Assembly: GCA_021432655.1 (NCBI GenBank)
Contig: MU271214.1
Location: 61,544 to 125,543, forward strand
Direction of reading: 5' to 3'
Origin: Atractiella rhizophila
Lineage: Eukaryota
Length of the DNA: 64,000 nt
Position 1 is the stretch's first letter. Every line of letters starts with the position of its first letter. Below the pieces are notes generated by a model, which made no database searches, had not been told where the DNA came from, and saw only the letters and a list, made by a program, of their open reading frames with translations. Both the position numbers and the translations under genes were made by a program. This document shows positions 1-13,199 of this stretch, piece after piece.

Positions 1-262
1 CTTCTCGCAGGGCGAGACTCTGTTTCCAGGAGCTGTCAGCACGATGCAATATAGGGAAAAGGGAGAAAGACATACGTTTGCTGCTGGGCTTGGGCGTTCG
101 ACTCGTTGTGGGAGGCCAGTGAGCGCCGAGGGAGGGGGCGGATCTCCCTCACGGTCGCATCAAGAGATCTATCGCTAAGTTAGTCAGAGAAAGAGATGAT
201 GAATGAGAAATGCGAACGACTGGAGGGAGAAACCTGGGACGGCGAAGGTGAATTGGGACATG
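1..262 (-). CDS. Possible 5' part of an intron-containing gene running off the left edge; product unknown
   Basis: Minus strand shows an intron GTATGT...GCTGACAG (~32-77) joining an open frame (SLDATVREIRPLPRRS...QQQT|SWKQSLALRE). An upstream CTAAC..TAG acceptor lies near 177. Start codon not resolved. Confidence 0.3.
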
Positions 263-2198
263 TTGCTGTTGACTGTGGGGAGGCTTTGGAGAAGGTAGTC
301 AATGCTGAGAACTGCTGTCGTTGGTGAGGGAGAAGGTAGGAATCGGGTTCGCTTTTATATCCTTGGATTGATGCAGGAATGATGCCAGGAATTGATGCAG
401 GAATTGATGAGTTAGGAGCAGCCACGTGACCATGGGAATTCTCGTGATTTTGTTTTCTCACTCAGGAAAAAACAATTTCCTTTTATAGAAGGTGGAATCT
501 AGTCATTGTTTTCAAGGGAGATGTTATCGTGTCACAAGCGCGGCTTGGGAATTCATGGGAAAGCGGGCAGCCTCCGTGCGTCCCGCCACGGCATGGACGA
601 CGGGATTTGCCTTTTTGCTCTTGCCACCCCCCAGATTCCTCACAACAGCTTTGCATCGCTTCTACGTCTGCAGGTGAAAGTTTTTATACAAATATCTAAT
701 AAAATGAGAAAGGAAAGCGACCAGAAGTGGCAACTATTGGAAATGAGAAATTTCAGGGCAAATAACACAAATAAATCCCGGCAAGACCCCTTATCAACTC
801 AATCCAAGAATGAAAACTCTGTCCTTGGAGTTTGCACTCTCCTACAAGACTTTGTTCATGAATTCTGTGCGTTTTGAAGAGATTAGGTACAAAATGGGCG
901 GACGCGTTACAACGCGAAAGAGAAACGTGATGCTGGAAGACTGAGAAATGCGGCTGGCCACCTTCCAACTCAATGCCCACAACACGAAAAGGATACCAAC
1001 AGATCGAAACTCGAGCCTTACAAGATGCTGAATAGGCTGTTATTGCGCGACGAGCGTTCTGATCTAATAGAGTTGGCAGAAGCAGAGCAGTAGGACGACT
1101 GCACAAGGATACATGTTAGGGTCGTGTAAGCATTTGCTTGATTGAAGGAAGTATGGATGTGGCTGTACACAAGTTTAATTTGAAGATGGTGGAACTCGTT
1201 GTAAGCTACGCGTGTAGCGTGTTTGAATATTGGACAGTTGTGCCGTATTGCTCTCCTTCCTTCCCCATCCCCACCCTTGAATCCAACGGTGTCACAGAGT
1301 AAGCTCATAGGTCAGGCGAATGAGAGTCGTTTAATTTCCTGATGATGCCTCAACTATTGCTGATATTGGATGTCTCTCTCTTTCAGACACTTTTTCCCCA
1401 CGGCGCCGTTTACGCCCTGAATCTGTTACAGATTCCTTGAATACCCAAAGAACGGCGGCTCGACCAAAGACACCCATTGTCTCATACTGCAGTTCATGAC
1501 GACTGACCATAGGTCCGCCTCCTCAAGGCTCATACCGCACTACTTCCCCTTTCCCCTTACTCCCATTTTCAGGTATCTTTCTTTCCCTTTTATGCAGACC
1601 GTTGCTGCTGCAAGGCTAGTCGTGCTTTGGTTGTGTGTGAATAGTAGTTCTGGGCAGACTTGGGGCCAAAGATGGTTGATGGTCGACGGTGAGAAGATGA
1701 CGCGGATTCCTACTCTCAGTGGCTGCTGTCTTTATTCTTTATTGGTGCAGCCTTCCTCCCTGTGATGTCCAGTGAGACAGCACCAAAGCGCGGGAGCTGT
1801 CTAGATCATAAGTGTTAGGTCATAGGTGTCATATCTCAGTGCCTCCCATCTCTTTTTTTCGGTGAGGAAAGAGGTGAAACCAGAAACTGCTACTGATTCG
1901 GCCCATTTTGCTTCTACTTTTGCATGCCTACTCATACCTCTAAGCCTTCTGTGGACAGACAGGGGCGTCATAAACAACGGACAGCAAAAGTGAGACGCTC
2001 TGCGGTCCGGCGGAGGCTTTCTCCACGCGCTTCGACGCGTTTCGGCGAGGGCTTGGGAGGCATAGCGTGTAATATTGTAACGGAATGCTATCGCGACACA
2101 GGAATCGCGAACATCCATCGTGAGATGGCAGACAACAGCGGCTTCCTTGTCCGCTCCTACATAAAGAAATGGGGTCTTCCAGGTTGGAAGTCTTCAAA

Positions 2199-4934
2199 AT
2201 GCTGTGGTTTACTTTCCTTTCCACCTTCTCTCTTGCCTACTCCGCTGCGATCAAAGGGCAGACGGATCCATGCGCTGCAATCGCTGGTCAAAAGTGAGTC
2301 TTACTTTCCGCAGAGCCATTTTAGACTGAAAAAGGACCTGGAAGATACGTGAAACCTTCCGAAGTATGGATTTCCCACCTTTATTGCCAAAGCATGTCTA
2401 TTCTGACTTGTCGCCAACAGGTGCAAGCGTGCTTCAACACCTTTGCCTTCAACGAGACCATTAGGGACAACGTCATCGAAACTGTCTGTCCTCCACCCGT
2501 CATGGCTACCAAAATACTGAAGGGTTTACGCAGGTCTCGAAAACACTCAACTTCCACTCGTCCTTGAACTACCAACTCAACGCCCCCGGTCCATATGGCA
2601 TTGCCGTCGATCTCCTTGCAGAACTGGAGGCACTCAAAGCTGTTCCCTTTTCAAACGATTTCGAGTTCCAGATGAATGTTACAGCGCTGATGGATAGAGT
2701 TAATGATGGCCACTCGACTTATATCGGTTTGTCCTCCTCGCTTTGCTCCAACGTTTCCTTTACTTTATCTCCTTAGATACTGATGATTAACTAACAATTA
2801 TGGACAGCCTACTGTTATGAAGATGCCTGGAACACCTATCTTCCCTTCTTCCTCGTCAACCTTAACGGAAGTAATATACACATCGCACCAGAGGCAAGCG
2901 CGGTTGTGACGTCCTGGTTCTCCGACTATGCTGCGACATGGCAAGAGGAATCTGGCCTCGAATTCGCAAAGTATGACGGTGCTCAAGTCCTTTCTATCAA
3001 TGGCAAAAACCCTTGGGATGTTGTCGATGAATATGCTGGAGTTTCTGGATCGTATCAAGGGTTAAGTTCTCGACAAAACAGCTTCTTTGCGGCTTATACG
3101 AGGTCTGCATTGGAATATGGTGTGTCTGTCTTGCCTCATTTTCCTAACTACCACACTGATGATTGATTTGGAATCCAGGATATAGAGTCGGGCAGTTCGC
3201 GGGATGGTGGAAGCCTCCGCCGTCAGACACGGTTGAGCTCACAGTATCATTAAACGGGGCAGAAGAAACCATCACCGTCCCCTACGTTTCACAGATTGCG
3301 TCCGATACTGTCGCATTCACAGATTCTGCTAGTTATTGGACCAACAACTGTCTCGCCAAGTCGACTACAAATGGGGAACGTTCTTCTGCGACTTCCACCA
3401 CCACCACTTCGAGCGTTCAAGGTAGTTCTCCCAATGCAACGGACAACACTGTGAACGAAAACGTAATGTCCTCCCTCCCTTCTCTTCTGAAGAAGGACAC
3501 TGATTGCCAACTTGTTTGGACAGCAATATCCCTCCCCCAGGCGGTTTGCGCCTCCTATACCGCAAGAAGACGTTCATACTCAGATCAATCACGCAGTTAA
3601 CAAATTGGCAGCTCTCGATATCACCCTACCTGAGGGTTTTGCACCTACCACCCCTGTGATCGGAGGATCCGATGGTATGTCCTGTCCCATCACTTGTCGA
3701 GAGCAATGCTAACCATTTATGGTGCGGAGGATCTGCACAGTTTTTCCACTATGACACAGACTTGTGCGTGTGTCGTTTGCCTTTCGATCGGTTTTATTTA
3801 CAGTCTAATAGAGGCGTCCTATCGCTTGGCTCATTCTCGGATGGAATCTCACTCTGGAGTTGGCTTTTGTGTGCCTTCTAAATGATGCTGTGTAACTTGT
3901 GCTGACGGTTGCAAACAGTGTTCTTGCTGAAGGCCTGAACTGGCTTAGAAACAATGAGGTATGCTTCTGCCTTGCATAAATTGTTGCTGAAAGTTGAAAG
4001 GTCCCGTACCTCATCGTTGATTTGACCAATAACTCTGGAGGATATGTCTGCGTCCACCATGTCAGGTCCTGCCATTCTCTAGTTCATTTCTGAATACCAG
4101 CGCAGTACCTCCATCGTTTCCTTGCGGGACCCTTACTACACCCAACAATGGTCAGAATATGACCCAACGTGCCAGCCCTCTCGCTCAAAATATGGTACAA
4201 AAGGTCATCGATGGCGCTGTAAGCAGAGGGCAGTCTGCTTTCGACCCTCTCCTATACGTCGAAGCGGGCAAAGGGTACCCAGATACCTTCCCAGAGAACC
4301 TTAACTATCTTCAGCCTTCAGTGCCCACCACAATTAATGGGCGGTTAGTTTTCCTTCATTTCCGAGCAGCAAGTTGATCGGGATGCAGAGTCGACCTTTT
4401 TTCTTCTCCTCACGGGGATGTTTGCTTCAACTACGTTACGCAAACCGAACCCCCAGATTTTGCTCCATGGAACATGAGCAATATCATCCTTTTGGTAAAT
4501 GGGCGTTGTGCCAGTACATGCGCACTCTTCACGACTGCGATGAGAAAGCACGGTGTACGCACTCTCGTCGCAGGAGGGAAAGCCGGTCAGCCTCAACAGT
4601 ATTGTGGAACTGTGGGAGGGGCATCCACAAGCCACAAGGCCATCAATCCTGTATTGAAGGCTACAGGATTGAAGAATGATTCAGCTGCGCCGCCAGATTT
4701 TATCTCTGATAGCTATCAAGGCGCCGTTCTCCAGCTGGCTTTGGAGTGGGAGGGTGCGGAAGTGGAAGAGTGGATTGACCACGAGACTGATCTAACCATG
4801 GATCTGACGTTGGAAATGTACGCCGTCCCTTTTGGTTTGCAGGTGTTAATGCTGACAATGGCGACAGCGTCAATAAGCCAGAGAGCATCTGGAAAGCAGT
4901 TGCTAAACAGGTTTGGAACCTCGATATTGCATGA
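2199..4934 (+). CDS. Secreted peptidase S41-family (tail-specific protease-like) protein, multi-exon
   Basis: ATG at 2199 gives signal-peptide-like MLWFTFLSTFSLAYSAA then DPCAAIAGQ. Later exons carry NDFEFQ...DGH, DLTNNSGGY, LLVNGRCASTCALF and VAGGKAG, motifs typical of fungal S41 proteins. Many short GT-AG introns; last exon ends IWKAVAKQVWNLDIA* (TGA 4932-4934). Confidence 0.8.
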
Positions 4935-5474
4935 TATCGTTTAGTGCTCCCGCTCCAAGTACTTGATGGCACGCTGACTCTTTACCGGCTCTACTCCTGC
5001 ATGGAAATGAATGTTTAATAATGCTACTTTCCACATGTACACTGAGCTTTCCAGGATTTCCCTTTGACCGGTGACAAACACGACGAATCAAGTTGAGCGG
5101 TTTGAGATTCCAGATGAGTCTAAGCAAGCTCAAATTTGGTCGTGTTGAAGTTGGACAGCATTTCCTCAGCTCTGGGTTGCTAACAGCGACTGGTCATAAC
5201 TTTGAAGCCATAATTTCTAGTCACAGTTTACTTCTGTCTCTTCCAATATTTGGTTCTAATAGAGAAATGCTGTGCGGTTCGATAGTGTTGATATCACGTA
5301 GCCATGAGTGCATATGCCCAGGAAGCTGGAGAGGAGAAGCATAGCCCTTTACTAGCTTTACTAAGGATTGTCACAACATTTAGGAACAGTTTTCATACAC
5401 TACTGATGGGATCTACCCAGTACCATGGCCACCCCCATCTCGCTCGTCTCTACGCCGTCTGTCTCCAGTTTTTG

Positions 5475-6197
5475 TTAACGTTCCAGCTCATTTCCTTCAA
5501 AGTCCTTAACAAAGGTCATCAGGAAAGATCGGACGGCATCCTCGTCCTGGGAGGACAGTACCGTATTTGCGTCCGTGTAGCCAAGCCGTTGTGATGGTTG
5601 TGATGGTTGCGATGGCTGTGAGAGGGACGGGGACGGATCGGAGACGTGGAAGGCAGATGGGAAGTCCCGCATAATGGACTGCAACGATTCATCATCATCT
5701 CCCGCTTCCGCTTCACCGTCGCCTGCACGTTTGCGGTCACCTAATATTCTCTCCGCCGATGGACTCGCATTTTGACGCGTGGAGGAAGGACTTGCACGGC
5801 GGGTGGACGAAGCGGAGGACGTCGTTGTGGGAGAAACCTTCCTAGTTGCTTCCGTACCGTGACGTTGACTACTGGAGGCTTGGGTGTCGGAATACATCGA
5901 TGTTTGAGTTTGAGGGTATGTGCAATTGATCTCCTCGATAGCCACCCTCCTGGTTCTGGCCAGCGTCACGCATCTTGAGCAAGCCTTCCAGTTACCCGCA
6001 TCAGCATTTGTCCTGTCAAAGAGTGGGAAAGGGACATCACTTACCGGCCTTCCCGCGTCGCACTTCACCCTTCGAGCTTTACAATTGCTGCATGCCGTGT
6101 TCCTCTTCAATGTGTCCGGATTCGGACGGCGTTGCAAAGGAAACTTAGATGGCGGGGGTGTGAACGTTGAGAGGGTTTTCGGGTTCTGTCCACTCAT
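5475..6197 (-). CDS. Short Zn(II)2Cys6 transcription factor
   Basis: ACSNCKARRVKCDAGRP|intron ~5982-6043|ACSRC-x15-CTY zinc cluster followed by a Ser/Thr-rich low-complexity tail. Start taken at MSGQNP (6197). Confidence 0.8.
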   Translation of the reverse strand: MSGQNPKTLSTFTPPPSKFPLQRRPNPDTLKRNTACSNCKARRVKCDAGRPVSDVPFPLFDRTNADAGNWKACSRCVTLARTRRVAIEEINCTYPQTQTSMYSDTQASSSQRHGTEATRKVSPTTTSSASSTRRASPSSTRQNASPSAERILGDRKRAGDGEAEAGDDDESLQSIMRDFPSAFHVSDPSPSLSQPSQPSQPSQRLGYTDANTVLSSQDEDAVRSFLMTFVKDFEGNELER

Positions 6198-9100
6198 AGC
6201 GGGACAATGAACGGGGGAGTTGGAAGCGAACCCGAGCATAGCAGGCGAAGAGAGGTATTGGATGGTCGGAAGGAGATGTAGGCGAGGAGTCCCTTTTATG
6301 CACGGTGGAGCAACGGTACCCAACACTGGTCCACCAAAATCACTCACCCGTCTACCGTCTATCGCCAAAATCTCGCCGGACTCCAATCTTCAAACGCAAC
6401 AGAACCAGGACATAGCATGAACGGAGACGAGAGGAGAGACAGTACCCAACCTTTAATGCTGTCTGCCTACGCCGACGTGGCTAGACGGAGTGCAGGACTT
6501 AGACATCAACATCCGCTTCACACGGCTCTTTATGAATGAGGAGAGAGGAGGGAGGCGCGATGACAAATACCTTAACTACCTCATCTCCTACTCACGGCTG
6601 AGGATGGAGCGACGGGCAAGTACAAAGTACACAGTGCAGTAAACTCCGGCTCCACTGCCTGAAGAGTGGTGAGCGGTGATGGTGGTGTTTCTCCAACTGG
6701 TGCAAAATGGTTCATATTCTTGCGTATGCGAATGAGGAGAGGACGAGGACCGAAGAAGGTAAGTTCCCTGTCTTGGATACCATATAATAACCTCAGAAAA
6801 ACATCACAAGCAATTGATATCAAATATTCGGCCATGCTTCTTCTTTACCATCATACAGAAATCCAGATAGGAAAACTTGTCCACAATTACTGTCAAATGT
6901 CCATCTCCAATACTCCATGAAGAGAAGAAGATAGCATCCATGCAACTCGTAGTATCTCCAATCACCCTCGTAGTATCAAGATTAGTTCGAGCAAAGCTCC
7001 CATCAATCGCGGAGAGCGCTGACATCCCGCTATCCTTCTTTCTGTGAGCCCGGGGCATTGGGCCGCTCTTTGGAAATCTGGACGTCGTCATTTCGGCGGT
7101 CTGGACACAAGGACTTGATCCGGATCGAGAAAATAGATAATTCTGTCCGAAACAAGCTGACAAACTCATAAAACAATGCGCCAGAACGCCTCGTTTCGGA
7201 CGTGTCACTTTTCCGGGGGAAGCCATTGTCTGCGATTGCAAACAGAAGGAAGGAGGACACGTCCCGACAGGAATGACGACACCATCCCTGGAGGTACAAT
7301 ACCTGGCTTCGTTGAGGTAGTCACAGACTAAGCTACTGTGTGGCTGGCGGTTGATTTCGTTGATCCATAGAATCTGCTATAGAGCAATGTCATTTGCCTA
7401 AACACTCGTTGACTCCATACCATCCATGGGATGATGAAATACATGGTTCGCGATTCATCACACCGCCTCTTTCAATTGCTTCTGTGACAGCAACGCACCG
7501 CGGCAGCCCCAACATACTCCCAATCCAGCCCTAAAAAACAGCAGCCTCAATCCAGAGATCGTATCGCACTCGTCGTTTTTGCCACTGTTTCACAGACCGA
7601 CACAAATAACGAAACGACCACCTTCTCGCAGCATCACCTAGGTTCCCGTTCATTATCGCATACCATCCCATAACTGGCTAATCCATCCAAAGACGACACA
7701 ACTCTCGAAAAATGACTCCAAGTCCCTCCCCAAGTCCTCCTTCCATCGCGTCCACCAGCGCATCCTCGCTCTCCGCCAGCCCTTCCGCCTCCTGGAATTC
7801 TCTCAAGAGCAACAACTACACGCCTCCGCTCTCAAACGACGACGAGCAAGAGTTCAGCCCGCCTTCTGATCAGTCAGGATCGGGGAATGTGGAGGGTGTC
7901 GGTGGCATCGGTGGTGGAAGAGGAAGTTGGATCGAGGGAGCGAAGGGATTGGAGAGGGGTGGGACTGTTAAGGGTCATGGAAATAATGGTATATTCTCAT
8001 CTATTTCATTTTCAAAAGGGTCGAGTTACGTAGGCTTCTACTCTGGGTGGTGTTGACGGACGGGTCTTGATTGGAAGGACGGTCTTGATTTTAGCTTCAT
8101 GGCAGTATTGCCTGAACTGTCTCACGGATGAGCCTTGTCCGTTGATTCAAGCTTCAAGTCTGCGAACACGCGTGGAAATCATTCTAGCGTGCTCTCAGAG
8201 AGGAGCAGCATCGTTTTCCCCGCCTTTGAGATGACATCGATGCACCTTTGCGGAATGACCATTCTATTCCTTTGTTTTACACTTCTTTCATGCTTCCGTC
8301 CATTTTTTCGTGAGTCCTTTCAGAGAGAGACAAAGGAACCCGAGAAGGTTCGCCTCTTTCCCATTGGAGCAAGGTCGACATGTTTGTGCTGTCCTCTTGC
8401 TCCATGGTCTGGAGTGATTCTTTGTTCCCATAGTCTTTCTTTGGTTCATAGTTAACAATAAGTCGAATACTCCCACCCCTGAGTTATCGATCCCTTTCAG
8501 CGTGGACCAATCAGCTATTGTCCCTTCCTTGATAACCTTTTGCAGACTGATCCAAGAAATCGTTTCGCACTTACGGGCGTAAGAAAGCTGTTGGCCGTAA
8601 CCATGCATTTGAATTTAAGGAAGGTAGCCAAATTCTTTGGAGTCCATTCAGGAAAAGTGTGTGCGTACACATCAATTTATCTACGTACTGTGGGTTCTTA
8701 CGGTTTCTTTGGGCTTTCCATAGCCATTGATCGGAGAGCGATAAACACATGTCTCAGAGATGTGCACCTTGTTCTCGTCGGAAAGAGGATCGGTGCCCTG
8801 GTATGAGCTTGGTGATCTCTCCTCCGAAAAGCATTGTTGTTTATGTAGTTCAATGCCGTTTGTCGCACTGCGCTTTAACCTGATGTTTCACGCTCTTTTG
8901 TTCAATGGATCCCGAGCTTTCGGTCTTTCCTTGTTTCTCTGGGAATGGAGAGCCTTGCTGCAGAGGTTGATTTGTAACAGGCCTCGGCTCTGTGTCCTCA
9001 TTCCGTTGAGAGCTGCAAATGTGTACGGAGATGGACCGCACCAGGCCGAAACCAACGGTCTTCCTCGGACTGGGGATGTAGATTGTGGCATCTCGACAAA

Positions 9101-9692
9101 GGAAGCTTTTTAATATCATTTGTTCGACTCTTTGGCCCACACGTTGAAAATAAATTTCGGTGTTGGAGAGGTCCAACATTTTCTACGTCAGATCAAAGCG
9201 TAGATGATTCCGCGAGCCTATCCGTCGGAGTGAGTATTGAGCATTCCCTTTGGACCGTGTTCGTTTGTCGTAGATTCGAGAATGCGCTGAATGCTCAACC
9301 ACTACGTTTAGTTGATTAAAGCTGCTCCGGTGATGTGTTGTGTATGGGTCTTATTCTCTCCCTCCTGGGTCTCTTACCAGTGTCTGTTCACGGTGTCGGG
9401 GTGCGAATCCACGTCAGGTATCAGGAAGGGATTCCTCTCCTGACTTCGGTGTCCCATTAGAAAGCGAATGTTAAAATAACGATTCCCAGATCTGGAGGCT
9501 GATACTGCCCTGCCAGGTATCCCGCGGCAATCATCTACCTCATACATCAACTCCAAATCTGCAGCATTATCCATAAACGAAGAAGCAGGAACATCTTCGA
9601 TACATTTCAACAACTTCGAACTGCCTCCAAATCACCCATCGCTCTCCCTTCCACCGAAGAAGAAGAAACCGCGGCGCACGAGGAAGCCGAAA

Positions 9693-10771
9693 GTGGACCT
9701 AACAGCGTATCCACAGCAAGACCTCCTCAAACTGATGGCACAGCTACTAGAGCAGATCGCCCAAGCGAATGACAAACTTCCGCCAGTGCAGGAGCGGATG
9801 AAGAATGCAAGTTCTTCGCGAGATATCAGTGAATCGGCATCCGTTGCTTCTATAGAGTCGAGACCAATCTCAACAGAACCTCTGAGACATTATCGTCAAA
9901 CAACACTCTCGCATCCGCCAACACCATCAACAGATCGACCTCCCGAACCCAAGCGTCTGTACCCATCCGATACAGTGCTTTCAGCTTCAAAGAAATCCAT
10001 TGTGTCCCCTCAAGCCCATTTGTGCTTCCATGCACGCAACGTACCCTCAATCTCCATCGAAGCATATCTCATACGAATTCTTAAGTACTGTCCGACCACG
10101 AACGAGGTTTTCTTGTCATTGCTTGTCTATTTCGACCGGATGGCACGACTGGCTGCTGGCGGAGATCCTGAGAAAGAGGTTGGAGATGATGTTTCCATCA
10201 GTGAAAAAAGCTCCATTGGGCCAGCTGGCGACAGAGTACCTTTTGCCATCGACAGCTTCAACGTACACCGTCTCGTCATCGCCGGTGTAACTGTGGCGAG
10301 CAAATTTTTTAGTGATGTCTTTTACACCAACTCGCGCTACGCAAAGGTATGCTTTCGGCTGCGTTCTCATATTATTGTGGCTGAGCCCATCTTGAGGTTG
10401 GCGGTTTACCATTACACGAGCTCAACCAACTGGAACTCCAGTTTCTTCTTTTGAATGATTTCAATCTCATGATCCCGCTGGACGAAATGCAACGTTACGC
10501 GGATCAGCTGCTCGTCTATTGGCCGGGAGGGATGACTGTTCCTCCCGACGAGGAAGAAGAGGAAGAATCGTCAGAAGAGGAAGCAGACGATGATTCGCGT
10601 ACGGCTTTGATGCAGAACGGAGCCAAGTTGGGATCGCGAAGAAGCATGGACAGGGCTTCAATCTCTGCAACATCCACTATCGCCAGCGAAAGCGAGGCTT
10701 CGACGATCACTCCTGGCAATCGGACACCCGCCGTCAGCGAATCGGGGAGAAACGAGGATATGAAGGAATGA
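9693..10771 (+). CDS. Pho80/Pcl6-7-type cyclin (Pho85 cyclin family); true 5' end lies further upstream
   Basis: FHARNVPSISIEAYLIRILKYCP, FNVHRLVIAGVTVASKFFSDVFYTNSRYAK|intron ~10348-10396|VGGLPLHELNQLELQFLLLNDF are hallmark Pho80-like cyclin box motifs. Confidence 0.9.
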
Positions 10772-11424
10772 AGATTACGCTCAAAATATGAAGTGAGCGA
10801 CAGTGCTGAACGATCAGATTGCTCGAAGTACCGAGAAACTTGAAGTGGATGGTGAACGTTGAAGATCCTAGGTACTATAGTTTGACTTGTTACTTTTGTT
10901 TCGTCCAGTGTCCTATAATTACAGAATCCCTGTGATGGTTTATTTTGTTTTTCTCCAGCTCAATCCGGCTCGGTTATGTCAACCTCGTTTGTTTTTCAGT
11001 CTCTTACTTCGCAGCATACCCATTTCAATATCTGCCAATCAACACGCTGGACGCAAACAACAATAAACAGTTAAAGATTTTCATCAGCAATGCGTTTTTT
11101 TTATTCCTACCCTGACACAGTCTTCCCCTTTAACTTAAAATGGTTGCAACTTCCAAGTTCAAGGGGGAAGAAGCTTCTTCAGCGATTCCGATAGGAACGC
11201 CCTCTCTTCTTCCGGATAATACCATTGTGCCAGTGCACCGTTTCCTCCTTCAATTTGGCCAGAGGAGGTCAGTCATAGAAGCTCGAAGGAAGATCCTAGA
11301 TGGTCCTGGAAAGAGCGGGATAAAACCCTGCTAGTGGATGACCTACCATCTAGGTTAGTACCTCTCTTTCTTCAGTGTTCGTATCATGTAGGGAATGTTT
11401 TCCACTATGCTGAAGCCGAAAATA

Positions 11425-12740
11425 CACTGCCAATTCAGTTTCAGGTGGTGGTCAGTTGAATCTAAAAACTGTAACGAGACAATCACAACTGTATTGTTCT
11501 GATCGTGAACTGGATTCAGCTGTCCAGCCATATCTGAAAGCTGAAGTCATTTGAATTGCGGCTGCTTGCAGCCGTCTGCGACTGGTCGCATCTGAATGCG
11601 TGTCCGCGTGCAAATGACGCGCGTCTAACTCCAGAAGATGTTCATCTGCCTTGCAGCTGCATCCCCCATCTTCTCACGGCTGCAATGACATCTGCGTTCA
11701 TCTGTAAGCATCTGTATGCGGTCAGTAGTTCGACAACAGGTTTAAAAAAAGAAATGCTCTTTCTGCCGCTTGTGCTTCCTGCCGTTGTCTCCACATTTCC
11801 CACTTCCCACATTATTTCTGATTTTTTTTGGATGATGTTAAGCTTGTTGTCAGTGGGGATCAAACCTGAGGAGTCTAGCAAGGGTGTCAGTGTACATACC
11901 ATTAAATTATTGAGATGCTTACTAGATTTCATGTTTTCTAACCTCCTTTTGCATCAAGTGTTTCTACAACATCATGACTTCACTTTCTCAAAAACGTCTA
12001 AGTCATTCCACTGCTGACAAGACCATGTTAGGCTTATTCCACATGTCAGCCACTCCTCTCAAGCCGATCGTCACGGTCCTGGGCGCCCCGTTTGAGGATC
12101 CAGTCTCTCTGTCAACATGCTCTCCATACTTACTGATCCCCTCCCAACTGCTCAAGATTGTGGAACTTCCCAACCATCTTTGTCCTGTTGTGTAGAATTG
12201 CATTTTGATGGCATTTCAAAGAAAAGTTATTTAGCTTACAATGTAGCCCAAATGACTACAAGCCCAGAGGATGGGAACAGAAGGAAAAGAAGAAACTTTC
12301 ATATTTAGAGGTAAAGGACAGACACATGCAGGCGGATATACAATGTGTTCTCAGCTAAATGCAGAAGTGCGATGCAAATGCATGTACCTGTCTGGCCAGA
12401 CGGTTATAGCTTGGTGCGCCTGGATACGAATGAGTGGGGCAGCTGAGGGTGGGATGTCAGCTGACTGCTTACAGCTGTCGCCAGGTGCTTTCGGACAGAG
12501 GGAGAGCTGAGGACAGGTACTAATCATATGATTTCAGGTGTTAGCAGGTAAGTCCAGCTGACATTACGACTGGATGAAGGGTGCATTCAGACACAAGCAT
12601 TCGTCTACATCTGAGTCCAGATGCGACCTCATCTTTCTCCAGTTGCTCATACAACTGATTCGCCTGTCCAGCCATATCTGAGTTCTGCATTCAGAATTTG
12701 CGGGGCACGGCTGGATTCAGTTAAACTTCGATTGGCAGTG
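11425..12740. mobile_element. Non-autonomous CACTG-ended DNA transposon (CACTA/EnSpm-like), 1316 bp
   Basis: Terminal inverted repeats CACTGCCAAT (11425) / ATTGGCAGTG (12731-12740) flanked by TA on both sides. Exact 18-nt subterminal repeat CTGTCCAGCCATATCTGA at 11520 and 12664, plus repeated CTGGATTCAG. Confidence 0.75.
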
Positions 12741-13199
12741 TAGTGGTGCTACATTTAAATCATCACTAGTTATCCCCTGGAACCTTGCAGGGCTGGTCCA
12801 GTGCACGCCTACTCACTCAAGGCACTAGCACTCAAAACGGTGCTGGTTTAGAGATGGTTTAGGGCCGATTTTTGGCTCCGCAGCAGTGCCAGTTTTGTGC
12901 ATCTGGTGCGCTGTTAGTGTTGCAGCTAGTGCTCATGTGTAAATCGAATATTCAGTGCCTTTAGTGTACTGTCAGTGCAATGTAGTGCCAATCTAGCGTG
13001 TAAAACAGAGCACGGTTAGTGCAGCTTTAGCGAGGGTCCAGTCGCACTCCATTTACGGCTCAGTTATACAGGAGCATAATGGAAATGGATTGATTCCACC
13101 ACAGTCTTTACCCCTGATCTACACAGTGATACTCCCATCGCCATCTCCCCTGTTCCCTCCCTAATCCCTCTTTCTCCTCAAATACCGAATGTGCCATAT

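Noticed and set aside
366..410. 12-nt tandem repeat (GATGCAGGAATT-like)
   Set aside because: Only 3-4 degenerate units; ordinary low-complexity sequence.
6581..9613. Several short ORFs between the Zn cluster gene and the cyclin
   Set aside because: No recognisable motifs or consistent exon chain; a gene may be present but I cannot support a model.
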